Shown: positions 1 to 11,813 of the stretch, in pieces
Numbering within the stretch: position 1 is the first letter of the stretch
Layout: the number at the start of each line of letters is the position of its first letter
Assembly: GCA_963741955.1 (NCBI GenBank)
Contig: CAVUKB010000007.1
Span: 512,001-576,000, forward strand
Source of the DNA: an uncultured Acidobacteriota bacterium
GTDB taxonomy: Bacteria > Acidobacteriota > Thermoanaerobaculia > Gp7-AA8
Direction of reading: 5' to 3'
DNA length: 64,000 nucleotides
The notes under the pieces: model-generated
Database searches by the model: none
The model's input: the letters and a program-made list of their open reading frames with translations, nothing else
Told to the model about the DNA's origin: nothing
Position numbers and translations under genes: made by a program

Positions 1-468
1 GAGGAGCTCGAGCGTGGTGGCTACCACGTCAGGATCGCCGATGCGACCGCGGCCGATCTTCTGGGGCGTGCCGAGCGCCCGGACGAGTTTCTGATCGAGA
101 TCCTCTACACCGAAGCGGACGGCCATCCGATCGGAGACATCTCCACCGGAGGAATCATTGGAGGAGAAACGGGAGTGGGGGCGGAAGTCGCACTCATCTC
201 CGCGAGGGCGGCGGCGAAACTGGTTCTCTACGACGGATACTCGGGACGGCAGGTCGACTCGTTCGTGGTGAAGGGATCGGCAGTGCAGCCGGCACTGGCC
301 GGGCTCGGCATCGGAGGGCGTCACGGCGGATTCTTTCTCTCCCTCCCGATCTTCAGCCAGGCGCCCTACCGCTCCGCTTTGCGCGACCTGGCCCGGGAAG
401 CGGTAAAGGAAATCGCGGCGCACGGCGCGGCGGCAGGACTCGAGCGCAAAGGAGAACCGCAGCGATGA
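1..468 (+). CDS. Hypothetical protein, 5'-truncated by the window edge
   Basis: Frame 1 is open from base 1 to TGA at 466-468; the stop overlaps the cutA ATG (ATGA). Confidence 0.7.
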   Translation, partial: EELERGGYHVRIADATAADLLGRAERPDEFLIEILYTEADGHPIGDISTGGIIGGETGVGAEVALISARAAAKLVLYDGYSGRQVDSFVVKGSAVQPALAGLGIGGRHGGFFLSLPIFSQAPYRSALRDLAREAVKEIAAHGAAAGLERKGEPQR

Positions 469-800
469 CCGCGACTGCAACCGAAGCCGTTCTGGTGTTG
501 ACCACACTCAGTGAGGAACACGATCCGGCGCCGTTCGCACGGACGCTCGTCGAGGAGCGGCTCGCCGCGTGTGTGAATGTCGTCGAGCCGATCCGCTCGT
601 TCTACGTCTGGGAGGGAAAGCTCTCCGACGACCGCGAACAGCTCTTCCTGATCAAGACCACCCGCGGACGGCTGGACGCGCTCCGCGAGCGCCTCCTCGA
701 GATTCACCCGTACGACACCCCGGAGTTCGTGGTGCTCGAGATGGCCGGCATCTCGGAGAAGTACGGCGCGTGGCTCGCGGCGGCGGTGGGGTCGGGGTAG
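465..800 (+). CDS. cutA: Divalent-cation tolerance protein CutA
   Basis: Motifs LVEERLAACVN, SFYVWEGK and HPYDTPE; 111 aa. Confidence 0.95.
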   Translation: MTATATEAVLVLTTLSEEHDPAPFARTLVEERLAACVNVVEPIRSFYVWEGKLSDDREQLFLIKTTRGRLDALRERLLEIHPYDTPEFVVLEMAGISEKYGAWLAAAVGSG

Positions 801-870
801 GCTCGGCTTTCCGCCAGCGGGGCGCCGCGGCTTCCGCCGCGGCCGGCACGGCGGAAGCCGTGTCGCACCC
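797..870. repeat. REP-like palindromic element
   Basis: Inverted pair of short hairpins CCGCGGCTTCCGCCGCGG and CACGGCGGAAGCCGTG; the same core recurs at 15803-15844. Confidence 0.6.
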
Positions 871-945
871 ATATCCCGCAACCCACAACCCGCAACCCCG
901 AAATGCCTGCGCGCTCCGCGCCGTTAACACCGGCCGGAGCGAGGC

Positions 946-3789
<2,844 letters not shown>

Positions 3790-3936
3790 TAGGGGGAGAC
3801 ACGATCCATCGTGGCCGAACTTTCGAGGATCCGCGGTCGAGTTTGAGCGATTCACGGGCGGAGGGCGAATCGTCTTCCCGGCGCAGCGACGGGAGTCTGT
3901 TCGCAGGTCCGATTTCTTCCGTCGATCCGAGCGTGA

Positions 3937-5037
3937 CTACTTCAACAGCTTCAGGATCTCCGGCTTCGATTTCGCGAAGAAACGGCTGTCGCGGTCGACC
4001 TTCGCGCCGGCGTCCAGCAGTGCCTCGACCACGTCGGGACGATTTCGCATCACCGCTCCGAGCAGCGCAGTCTGATGGACGGAGTTGGTGACGTTCGGAT
4101 CCGCACCGGCGGTGAGGAGCGTCCGTACCGCTTCGACCGGACATTGATTTGCCGCGACGTGGAGCACCGAGTTGGCGAGCGGAGGGCCGGTGTCGCCGAT
4201 CCTGGCGCCGCGCTCGAGAAGGAGACCGATGGTCGTGATGAGCGGCGCAGGATCTTCGTCGGGTTTGCAGCGTTCCAGGAGGTAGATGAGAGGGGGAACG
4301 TTCCGCACCGGCTCGACGCTCCAGGTTCCGGCGGCGAGGTTCGCCCGGAGCGTGGCGAGATCGCGGCGAATGAGTGCCTGGCTGAACGAGCGAGCGGAGG
4401 GTTGCGAGGAGACTGCCGGCGTACCGAGCGCTTCTCTGATCACTGCGAGCTTTTCCTTCGAACGGGCGGCACTCTTCAAAAGCTGATCGCGATCGCCCTC
4501 GACGTCTGCTCCTCCCCGGATCAGAATGCGCATCGTCTCGGGCGTTCCGAACAGAATTGCGGTGCGCAGCGCCGTGTCGCCTCTCTCGTTGCGAAGGTTC
4601 GGGTTCGCGCCGGCCTTCAGGAGGAGCCGCATCACGTCGGGGCATTGAGAGGCCCGCATGAGCGGCGTGCCACCGTCGCGCGTGTCGCGCCGGTTCGGGT
4701 CCGCTCCCGCATCGAGAATGACCTTCACCACCTCGGCGACCGGTTTGCTCTCGCAGGCGAACATCATCACGTACTGCAGCGGAGAGACCGGGACGATCTC
4801 CTCCCCCATATCGATCTTCATCACCTCGTCCGCCGGCATACCGGCGGTGAGGAACAGCTGCAGGTCTTCGGCGTTGGGAGGATTGAGCGTTGCCTGCATC
4901 GTCTCGAGGCTGACCGCACCGTAGCGTTTCTCGAGCGTCTTGCGCGCCTTCTCTTTGTCGGTTGCGGCAAACGCGACGGTGTTGGCGACGATGAGGAGAA
5001 GTACCAGAAGGGAGAGACGACGGAGCGCGATGATCAT
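3937..5037 (-). CDS. Secreted ankyrin-repeat protein
   Basis: AAAGGAGG precedes ATG at 5037; N-terminal signal peptide; repeated ankyrin motifs (GGTPLMRA, LLLKAGANPN, GDTALRTA, LLTAGADPN). Confidence 0.85.
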   Translation of the reverse strand: MIIALRRLSLLVLLLIVANTVAFAATDKEKARKTLEKRYGAVSLETMQATLNPPNAEDLQLFLTAGMPADEVMKIDMGEEIVPVSPLQYVMMFACESKPVAEVVKVILDAGADPNRRDTRDGGTPLMRASQCPDVMRLLLKAGANPNLRNERGDTALRTAILFGTPETMRILIRGGADVEGDRDQLLKSAARSKEKLAVIREALGTPAVSSQPSARSFSQALIRRDLATLRANLAAGTWSVEPVRNVPPLIYLLERCKPDEDPAPLITTIGLLLERGARIGDTGPPLANSVLHVAANQCPVEAVRTLLTAGADPNVTNSVHQTALLGAVMRNRPDVVEALLDAGAKVDRDSRFFAKSKPEILKLLK

Positions 5038-5307
5038 GACGACCTCCTTTCCGCGGCGCGCGCGTACGGGAGAGACGCACACCCGCAGGGCCGGGTCCGG
5101 ATGTCCACGACTGCCAATTGCCTGGTAGAAAGAGTCAGGGTACCACCAGTACGCCCGAGACCGAACGCCTCAGCGGCGTTGTCGAGAAAGACCGGGCTCG
5201 GCTGTGACGCATGTGAACCCCGGGTGCCGGCGCGCTTCAAACCGCGGCTGATGCCCGTCGCGCGTTCGGCGCGGGGTCGGACGTCGCAGGTTCCGCAGTC
5301 TCGTCGC

Positions 5308-5437
5308 ACGGATCGATTCGGGAGTCAGGGGAGGGTTGCCAGACTTTTGGAGCCCGGATTCGCGGGTGGAGCTGCGAGAAGGGCTCGCTCGAGGGTCCGA
5401 ATGGCGGGCGGCGGTCCCTGAAAGTTCGGCCACGAAG
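5308..5437 (+). repeat. ~130-bp dispersed repeat, copy 1
   Basis: Aligns without gaps to 6422-6551, about 19 mismatches in 130 nt by manual count. Confidence 0.8.
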
Positions 5438-5487
5438 AGGCCGAAAGCGGAGCATCGGGCATCGAGCTGGCAATGGCACGGTCCTGG

Positions 5488-5538
5488 CCCGCATTTCTCA
5501 CACCGTCTCCGCAGCAGAGACGATGTGAGAAATGCGGG
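5488..5538. mobile_element. 51-bp mini-element built from IS1380 terminal inverted repeats
   Basis: CCCGCATTTCTCACA...TGTGAGAAATGCGGG, identical to the IS1380 end at 15964; flanked by CTGG direct repeats at 5484-5487 and 5539-5542. Confidence 0.75.
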
Positions 5539-5552
5539 CTGGAGGGTCGCTC

Positions 5553-6386
5553 ATGCTGTGGAGAGGAAGGCGTCGAAGCGGGAACGTCGAAGACCGGCGT
5601 GGGATGGGGCCCGTACTGATTGGCGGTGGCGGCGTGGGAGCGATCGTGATCGCGTTGCTGGTGGTTCTTTTCGGCGGGGATCCGAGCGAAGTTCTTCAGA
5701 CCACACCACCCGCATCCTCCGAGAGCTCATCCGCATCGCCCTCGGATCCGCAGGCCGAGATGGTCTCGGTGGTGCTCGCCGACACCGAAGATGTCTGGAG
5801 CCAGGTTTTCCGGGAGGAGATCGGGCAGCCCTACCGCGAACCGAAGCTGGTCTTGTTCGATGGCGCAGTGGCATCCGCGTGCGGAACCGAATCGTCGGCC
5901 ACCGGACCGTTCTATTGTCCGCGGGACGAGAAGGTGTATCTCGATCTCTCCTTTTTCCGCGAGCTCGCGCGCTTCGGGGCTCCCGGAGATTTCGCGCAGG
6001 CGTACGTGGTCGCCCACGAGGTCGGCCATCACGTTCAGAATCTTCTCGGGATCTCGGACCAGGTCAGAGAGGCGCGCGCGAGCGCGAACGAAGCGGAGGC
6101 CAACGGCCTCTCTGTTCGCATGGAGCTGCAGGCAGATTGTCTCGCCGGCGTGTGGGGCAACCGTGCGCAGAAGATGAAAGGGATTCTCGACAGCCATGAC
6201 CTGCAGGAGGCGCTGGACGCGGCGAGTTCGATCGGCGACGACCGTCTCCAGAATCAGAGTCGTGGTTATGCCGTTCCCGAGAGCTTTACACACGGAAGCT
6301 CCGAACAGCGGGTGCGATGGTTCCGCCGGGGATTCGACAGCGGCAACATCAGCAACTGCGACACGTTCAACAGCTCATTTCGCTGA
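5553..6386 (+). CDS. Neutral zinc metallopeptidase, YpfJ family
   Basis: N-terminal GRRRSGNVEDRR, GPFYCP, HEVGHH zinc motif, ELQADC and FTHGSSEQR; GGAGG precedes ATG at 5553. Confidence 0.93.
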   Translation: MLWRGRRRSGNVEDRRGMGPVLIGGGGVGAIVIALLVVLFGGDPSEVLQTTPPASSESSSASPSDPQAEMVSVVLADTEDVWSQVFREEIGQPYREPKLVLFDGAVASACGTESSATGPFYCPRDEKVYLDLSFFRELARFGAPGDFAQAYVVAHEVGHHVQNLLGISDQVREARASANEAEANGLSVRMELQADCLAGVWGNRAQKMKGILDSHDLQEALDAASSIGDDRLQNQSRGYAVPESFTHGSSEQRVRWFRRGFDSGNISNCDTFNSSFR

Positions 6387-6421
6387 CGTCAGGTACTGCG
6401 GCTTCGTCGCGTGAGGCGAGA

Positions 6422-6551
6422 ACGGATCGATCCGCGAGTCAGGCGCGGGTTACCAAACTTTGGGAGCCCGGATTCGCGGGTGGAGCTGCGGGAGTGGATT
6501 GATCGACGCTCCGAATGGGGGGCGGCGGTCCTCGAAAGTTCGGCCACAAAG
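6422..6551 (+). repeat. ~130-bp dispersed repeat, copy 2
   Basis: About 85% identical to 5308-5437; a 19-bp exact inverted match lies at 3811-3829. Confidence 0.8.
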
Positions 6552-6592
6552 GGTTCGGACCGATCGGTTCGCGCTTCCGTAGCCTTCCGACT

Positions 6593-7459
6593 TCACTGTT
6601 GCGAGCGGATGCTCTTGACCACCTCGGTCAGCATCTTCTTTCCCTTTTCCTGCTCGTCTTCCTTCTGGCTGCGCATCAGACGATCGGCTTCTTCGAGGCG
6701 GGTCAGGATCGAAGTGACCGGGATCGGAGAAGCGTCGGGGAAGATGCGGCGCTCGAGGCGGCCGATCTCGAGATCGAGCGTCACCGGATCGGGAGTGTCA
6801 CGGAGTCGTTGAAGCATCTGGATCGTGTCGTAGTCCGGGTTGCCCGGATCATCCTGCGGAACGGCCTGCCGGAAATGAACTTCCACCAGCGACTCGCGCT
6901 GGTTCTCTGTTTCCGTCGCGGAATCGATCTCGACGTCCGCTTTGTCCGCGACACCTCCGAGCTCGAATCGTTTCGAGGTGTCGGGCGCCATCCATGCGTC
7001 GATCTTCTTGTCGATCGTCGACATCTTCCCGTCGCGCCAGTAGCGGATCTTCACGCTGCCGACCCAGACCCGGCTGTTGGCTTTGAAGAGTGAGCGTTTG
7101 CGGGGGACCACCACGCGAACCTGAAACGGATGGTCGGAGCTCGCCTGGAACGAATCGACGTCGCCCGAGCCCTGCACGCTCGAGACGAGGTGCTCCTTCT
7201 TGATCGTCGGTCCGTCCGATGCGTCGACCCAGCGCACCCAGCGATAGCTGCCGTCCGGGAGCGGTCCGCGAAGCGCGTCGAGACGCTGATCGATCCGCTT
7301 CGAGAGGTCGTAGCTCGTGACGTACGGATTCACGACCATCGAGCGGATCTCGTAGAGGGCAGCGAGCGCGGTCATCTCCTGCTGGCACTGCGTCTCCACC
7401 GCGAGCGCGGCCGGTACCGTGAGAAGGAGAGCGAGAGCTGAAAGCAGAACGGTCCGCAT
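6593..7459 (-). CDS. Secreted hypothetical protein
   Basis: GGAGGA precedes ATG at 7459; signal peptide MRTVLLSALALLLTVPAALA; 288 aa; no family recognised. Confidence 0.75.
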   Translation of the reverse strand: MRTVLLSALALLLTVPAALAVETQCQQEMTALAALYEIRSMVVNPYVTSYDLSKRIDQRLDALRGPLPDGSYRWVRWVDASDGPTIKKEHLVSSVQGSGDVDSFQASSDHPFQVRVVVPRKRSLFKANSRVWVGSVKIRYWRDGKMSTIDKKIDAWMAPDTSKRFELGGVADKADVEIDSATETENQRESLVEVHFRQAVPQDDPGNPDYDTIQMLQRLRDTPDPVTLDLEIGRLERRIFPDASPIPVTSILTRLEEADRLMRSQKEDEQEKGKKMLTEVVKSIRSQQ

Positions 7460-7703
7460 GGTTCCTCCACGAGTTGCAGTCGATGAGATTGATTGTAACG
7501 CGCGGGGGCGGGAAGCACGAGGTGAGACGGAGGTGGGGAAGGGCGCGGCGCGGAACCACGAGGCGCGCGTGGAGCATCCATCAGTGCCCTGCACTCTCCT
7601 CACCGCTCGGCGTGTTCTGGTCGCGATCGGGGTTCGTGCCGGCATTTCTCCGATCCGCGGCGCCCCGGTGCGTCGAGGCTGCGCCGCGGATCGGAGCTGG
7701 ACG

Positions 7704-8675
7704 TCAATTGGCCGGGGCCGGCTTGGTCGGGGCCTGGTCGACCGCGTCGGTGTATTCGTAGAGAGGAGTCGAGAGGTACCTCTCGCCGGTGTCGGGAAGG
7801 ATCGCGATCACCCTTTTCCCCGTTCCGAGCTCCTTTGCGAGCTGCAGCGCGGACCAGGCGATTGCCCCGGAGGAGATGCCGACCAGAATCCCTTCGGATT
7901 TCGCCAGTGCCCGTGAAGTTCCTACCGCGTCGTCCCACGACACGTCGAAGACGCGATCGACGACCGAGGGGTCGTAGATGGACGGAACGAAGCCGGCACC
8001 GATTCCCTGCAGCTTGTGCGGGTTGTGAGAGCCGCCCTTCAGAACGGTGGACTCGACCGGTTCCACGGCGGCGATCACGATTTCTTTCCGGAGGTTCTTC
8101 ATGACCTTGCCGACGCCGGTGACGGTTCCACCGGTCCCGACGCCCGCGACGACTCCATCGATCTCCCCCCCGGTGTCGGCGATGATCTCCGTCGCAGTGG
8201 TCGTTTCATGAATCCAGACGTTCGCGGGGTTGTCGAACTGCCGCGAGAGCCACCCTCCCGGAGTCTTCGCGGCGAACTCCTCCGCCTGCCGCATCGTTTC
8301 CTTGACGCCGGCGGGGCCGGGAGTCAGATGGAGCTCCGCGCCGAGCGCCTGCAGGAGCTTCCGCCTCTCGATCGACATGGTGTCGGGCATGAAGAGGACG
8401 CAGCGGTAGCCGAGCGCTGCGGCGACCATGGCCAGTCCGATCCCGGTATTGCCGCTGGTCGCCTCGACGATCGTTCCTCCCGCTGCGAGCGCGCCGGAGC
8501 GTTCCGCGTCCCGTACCATGGAGATCGCGATCCGCTCTTTGACGCAGGAGAGCGGGTTGAATGACTCGAGCTTGACCGCCACCTCGGCGCTTCCCTTCTC
8601 CGGAAGGCGTCGAAGGCGGACCAGAGGAGTCCGGCCGATCAGTTGGGTCACGTCGTCGTAGATTCTTCCATGCAT
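7704..8675 (-). CDS. cysK: Cysteine synthase A
   Basis: KLESFNPLSCVKER (PLP lysine), EATSGNTG, GVGTGGT, HKLQGIGAGF and PDTGERYLST. Confidence 0.96.
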   Translation of the reverse strand: MHGRIYDDVTQLIGRTPLVRLRRLPEKGSAEVAVKLESFNPLSCVKERIAISMVRDAERSGALAAGGTIVEATSGNTGIGLAMVAAALGYRCVLFMPDTMSIERRKLLQALGAELHLTPGPAGVKETMRQAEEFAAKTPGGWLSRQFDNPANVWIHETTTATEIIADTGGEIDGVVAGVGTGGTVTGVGKVMKNLRKEIVIAAVEPVESTVLKGGSHNPHKLQGIGAGFVPSIYDPSVVDRVFDVSWDDAVGTSRALAKSEGILVGISSGAIAWSALQLAKELGTGKRVIAILPDTGERYLSTPLYEYTDAVDQAPTKPAPAN

Positions 8676-8839
8676 GCTGCCTCCTCCTGTTTCGTGGACC
8701 AGGTGCGGACCGACCGTGCAGATTCCCGGCCCGCTCCGGAACCCGGATCGCGTCGGTACAAGGGCGATGGAGCGGAATCCTCCTGCAGGATCCCGTTCCC
8801 GCTACGAGTCAGATGATCGAAGGGGCGCCCGGGTTGCAG

Positions 8840-9529
8840 TCAGGCGCTGACGCCGAGGTAGCGGTATCCGATCTTCGCGACCCCGACGATGACCTCCGAG
8901 TCGGTGCCGACGGCCGCCTGCAGCTTCCGGCGAAGGCGCGTGACGTGGGTGTCGACGGTCCGGCTGTTCAGATTCAGGTCGACCCGGTAGTTCCAGACCC
9001 GCGACAGAAGCTCCTCGCGGGGGACGACGCGCTCGCGGTTCTTGAACAGGTACATCAGGAGGTCGAACTCCTTGGGCGAGAGCTTGAGCTTCTGCTCGTT
9101 CGCTTCCGCCTCGCGGGTCGACGGATCGAGCTTGATCATCGAATCCGAGTAGACATCGTGGCGGACCGTCTCGCTCCGCCGGAGCACTGCATCGATGCGT
9201 GCGAAGAGCTCCTGCAGGCCGAATGGTTTGGTGACGTAGTCGTCCGCCCCGCCGCGCAGGCCGCGAACCTTGTCCGTCTCGGCGCCGCGTGCGGTGAGAA
9301 GTATCACCGGGATCTTGGAGTACTTGCGGATGTGGTCGAGAACTTCGAACCCGCTCTTCTTCGGGAGCATCAGGTCGAGGAGGACGAGATCCGGCGACTC
9401 GCTGTGAAACAGCTCGACGGCCTGTTCGCCATCCGCGGCAAGGACGGGTTCGAATCCTTCGAGACGGAGATTGATCTCCAGTCCCTGCCGGAGCCCACCA
9501 TCGTCTTCAACGACCAGAATCTTCTGCAT
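8840..9529 (-). CDS. OmpR/PhoB-family response regulator
   Basis: Receiver domain (ILVVEDD, LLDLMLP, TKPF) plus winged helix (SRTVDTHVTRLRRKL). Confidence 0.95.
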   Translation of the reverse strand: MQKILVVEDDGGLRQGLEINLRLEGFEPVLAADGEQAVELFHSESPDLVLLDLMLPKKSGFEVLDHIRKYSKIPVILLTARGAETDKVRGLRGGADDYVTKPFGLQELFARIDAVLRRSETVRHDVYSDSMIKLDPSTREAEANEQKLKLSPKEFDLLMYLFKNRERVVPREELLSRVWNYRVDLNLNSRTVDTHVTRLRRKLQAAVGTDSEVIVGVAKIGYRYLGVSA

Positions 9530-9593
9530 TCGACCGCCTCCCGGAGTGCGAGTCTCCCCTCCAGAGCCAATTCGTTCCGGGCGGGCCTGGAGG

Positions 9594-11180
9594 TCAGGAT
9601 GCCTCACTCGGATTCAATACTTCCGGAACCGCATTTCCGACGATTTCCTTCCGCATTGGAAAGACCATCCGGAACGTCGATCCCTCGCCGGGCCTGGAGT
9701 CGACCTCGATCGCTCCTCCGTGTGCCTCGATGATCTGCCGGACCAGGGTCAGACCGATTCCCGCGCCGCGCCGCGTCTCGGTATCGGAAAAGCGTGCGCG
9801 GTAGTACGGCTCGAAGATCCGCTCGATCTCCCTCTCGTCGATCCCGATGCCGTGATCGCGGACGGCCACGACCACCGCATCGTCGTGCTGCCGGAGTGAG
9901 ACCTCGACCACGCGCGTATCCGCGGAGTACTTCATCGCATTGTCGATCAGGTTCAGGAGCGCTCGGGAGATGCTCTCCCGATCCCACATCTGCTCGGGGA
10001 CCAGAGCGTCGATCTTCGTCTCCACCGTGAACCCGCGGCTCCGGATCCATCCCTCGTATGTCGAGATCAGCGACTCGACCAGTTCGTCCGGCTTCACCGG
10101 TGCGAATACCAGAGGCTTGGAGCTGCGCGCCAGACGGGTGACGTCGAGTACGTTCTCCACCAGGTGGCTCAGATGCATCGCCTCGCGCAGGATGGAGTCT
10201 TCGATGGTGGTCCGCTGCTCGGGGCTGAGTTTTTTCTGTCCCCTCTTGAGCGTCTCGGCGCCGAGCCGGATCATCGACAGCGGCGTTCGAAGCTCGTGTG
10301 AGACGTTGGCGATCAGCGCGGCACGGAGGCGGTTCGCTTCCGCCTGCCGGCGGAGTCCGAACAGCGCGAGCATCGCCCCGAGCGCAAACGCGCCGACGGC
10401 GACGGCGGCGAGCCAGATGCTGACCGCCCGGTGGTTTCGCCACGCAGCGGAGATCACGGAGATCTCGACCGAGGAACGAACCGCGTATCGAGACATCGGG
10501 GCGGCGAGAGGCACCACCACCGCGAGTCCCTCCGGCGCCCCCTGCACCAGCCCCCCCGCCGAGGCGCCGGTCGGCACCACGCGGGTGTGCGTGTACTTGC
10601 GGATGTCCCGAGCCTCCGGCAGGTGCGGGGTGGCGACTACCGGTTCGGTCTTCAGCGTCGGACCGGTGGTTTCCAGGAGGAGTGCCGGATCGTAGGTGTA
10701 CTTCATGGTTCCGGTGGCGGTGTAGAACTCGTTCGTCAGGAGGTCGTTTTTTCTGGAGGCAGGTTCGTTGATCGACGAGACGAAGATGGAGTTCTCCGGC
10801 TCGATGTCCGGAACGAAGATCGCCGAGACGATCCAGGGATTGCGATTGATCCACCTCTGAAGCGACCCGAAGGTCGGTTCGTCGATCATCCGCTCGATCT
10901 GTTGCCACTCGTCGGCACTCCGTGTCAGCTCCGATTGGATGATCGCGTCCGTTCTTCGCGCGGTGGTCTCTGCGACATACGCCAGGTACTGCACGGCGAA
11001 TTCGTCGAGTCCCTTCTCCATCCGTACTGCCAGCTGGTACGAGCGGTAGGCGAGCGCGCCGAGCGCGAGCGCGATCAGAAGAAAAGGAAGGATGAGATAG
11101 CGGCGGAGCGAAAACCCCGGATTCCGCAGGAGTCCGGAGAGAGAAGGATCGAACGAGCGGCTCGTCCGCCGGTCGTCCAT
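9594..11180 (-). CDS. Membrane sensor histidine kinase
   Basis: Two TM segments; H-box SHELRTPL, N-box NLIDNAMKY, DHGIGI and GAGIGL. Start approximate. Confidence 0.93.
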   Translation of the reverse strand: MDDRRTSRSFDPSLSGLLRNPGFSLRRYLILPFLLIALALGALAYRSYQLAVRMEKGLDEFAVQYLAYVAETTARRTDAIIQSELTRSADEWQQIERMIDEPTFGSLQRWINRNPWIVSAIFVPDIEPENSIFVSSINEPASRKNDLLTNEFYTATGTMKYTYDPALLLETTGPTLKTEPVVATPHLPEARDIRKYTHTRVVPTGASAGGLVQGAPEGLAVVVPLAAPMSRYAVRSSVEISVISAAWRNHRAVSIWLAAVAVGAFALGAMLALFGLRRQAEANRLRAALIANVSHELRTPLSMIRLGAETLKRGQKKLSPEQRTTIEDSILREAMHLSHLVENVLDVTRLARSSKPLVFAPVKPDELVESLISTYEGWIRSRGFTVETKIDALVPEQMWDRESISRALLNLIDNAMKYSADTRVVEVSLRQHDDAVVVAVRDHGIGIDEREIERIFEPYYRARFSDTETRRGAGIGLTLVRQIIEAHGGAIEVDSRPGEGSTFRMVFPMRKEIVGNAVPEVLNPSEAS

Positions 11181-11184
11181 GGCG

Positions 11185-11691
11185 TCAGTGGTGGGCCGCT
11201 TCTGCCTCTGCTTCTGCCTGAGTCTCACCGTGGGCCTCCCGCAGATGGGCTTCGATGGCCTGGTCGATCTGCTGTTTGGTCAGGTACGCGGGGCGCACGG
11301 ATATGAGCGAGATCAGGCCCGAGCGGTTGATCGTGAAGACGAGCTTCTGGGTCTCGTGGAGTGAGCCGAGAAGACGTTTGAACTTCTCGACGCTGATGTG
11401 GGAGCAGTCCTGTCCATTGACCGCGATGACGTGATCTCCCGCCTTGAGACCGTACTCGTCCGCAGGGCTTCCCGGGACGACCTGCTGGATCTCGATGTTC
11501 GAGCGTCCGGCGATCACCCGGATTCCGAGATACTTTCGGTGGGAGAGAATCTCGCGAATCTGCTGGGCGCAGACTTTCGGTTGCTGGCTGCATTTCCGGG
11601 TCGACTTGTTCTCTTCTGCCTGCAGATGGAGTGTTCCCATCATACTGACCAGAAGTACGACACCGATATTCAGGACGGTCCGCGGGCGCAT
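11185..11691 (-). CDS. Secreted single-PDZ-domain protein
   Basis: Signal peptide; YLGIRV and VVPGSPADEYGLKAGDHVIAVNG PDZ signature; lies 4 bp upstream of the kinase. Confidence 0.88.
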   Translation of the reverse strand: MRPRTVLNIGVVLLVSMMGTLHLQAEENKSTRKCSQQPKVCAQQIREILSHRKYLGIRVIAGRSNIEIQQVVPGSPADEYGLKAGDHVIAVNGQDCSHISVEKFKRLLGSLHETQKLVFTINRSGLISLISVRPAYLTKQQIDQAIEAHLREAHGETQAEAEAEAAHH

Positions 11692-11813
11692 TCGCAGTAA
11701 CCCTAACGGAAGATTCGTCCTCTCGATGCCCTATGCAGTAACAAATCGGAAAAATGTCCGCCGGATTCCCGCATTATTTCTCCGCAAGCGACTCCTCCGC
11801 GGGATGTAAACGG

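Noticed and set aside
870-945. LexA box upstream of uvrA
   Set aside because: No recognisable LexA motif (CTGT-N8-ACAG, GAAC-N4-GTTC or GTTC-N7-GTTC) was seen.
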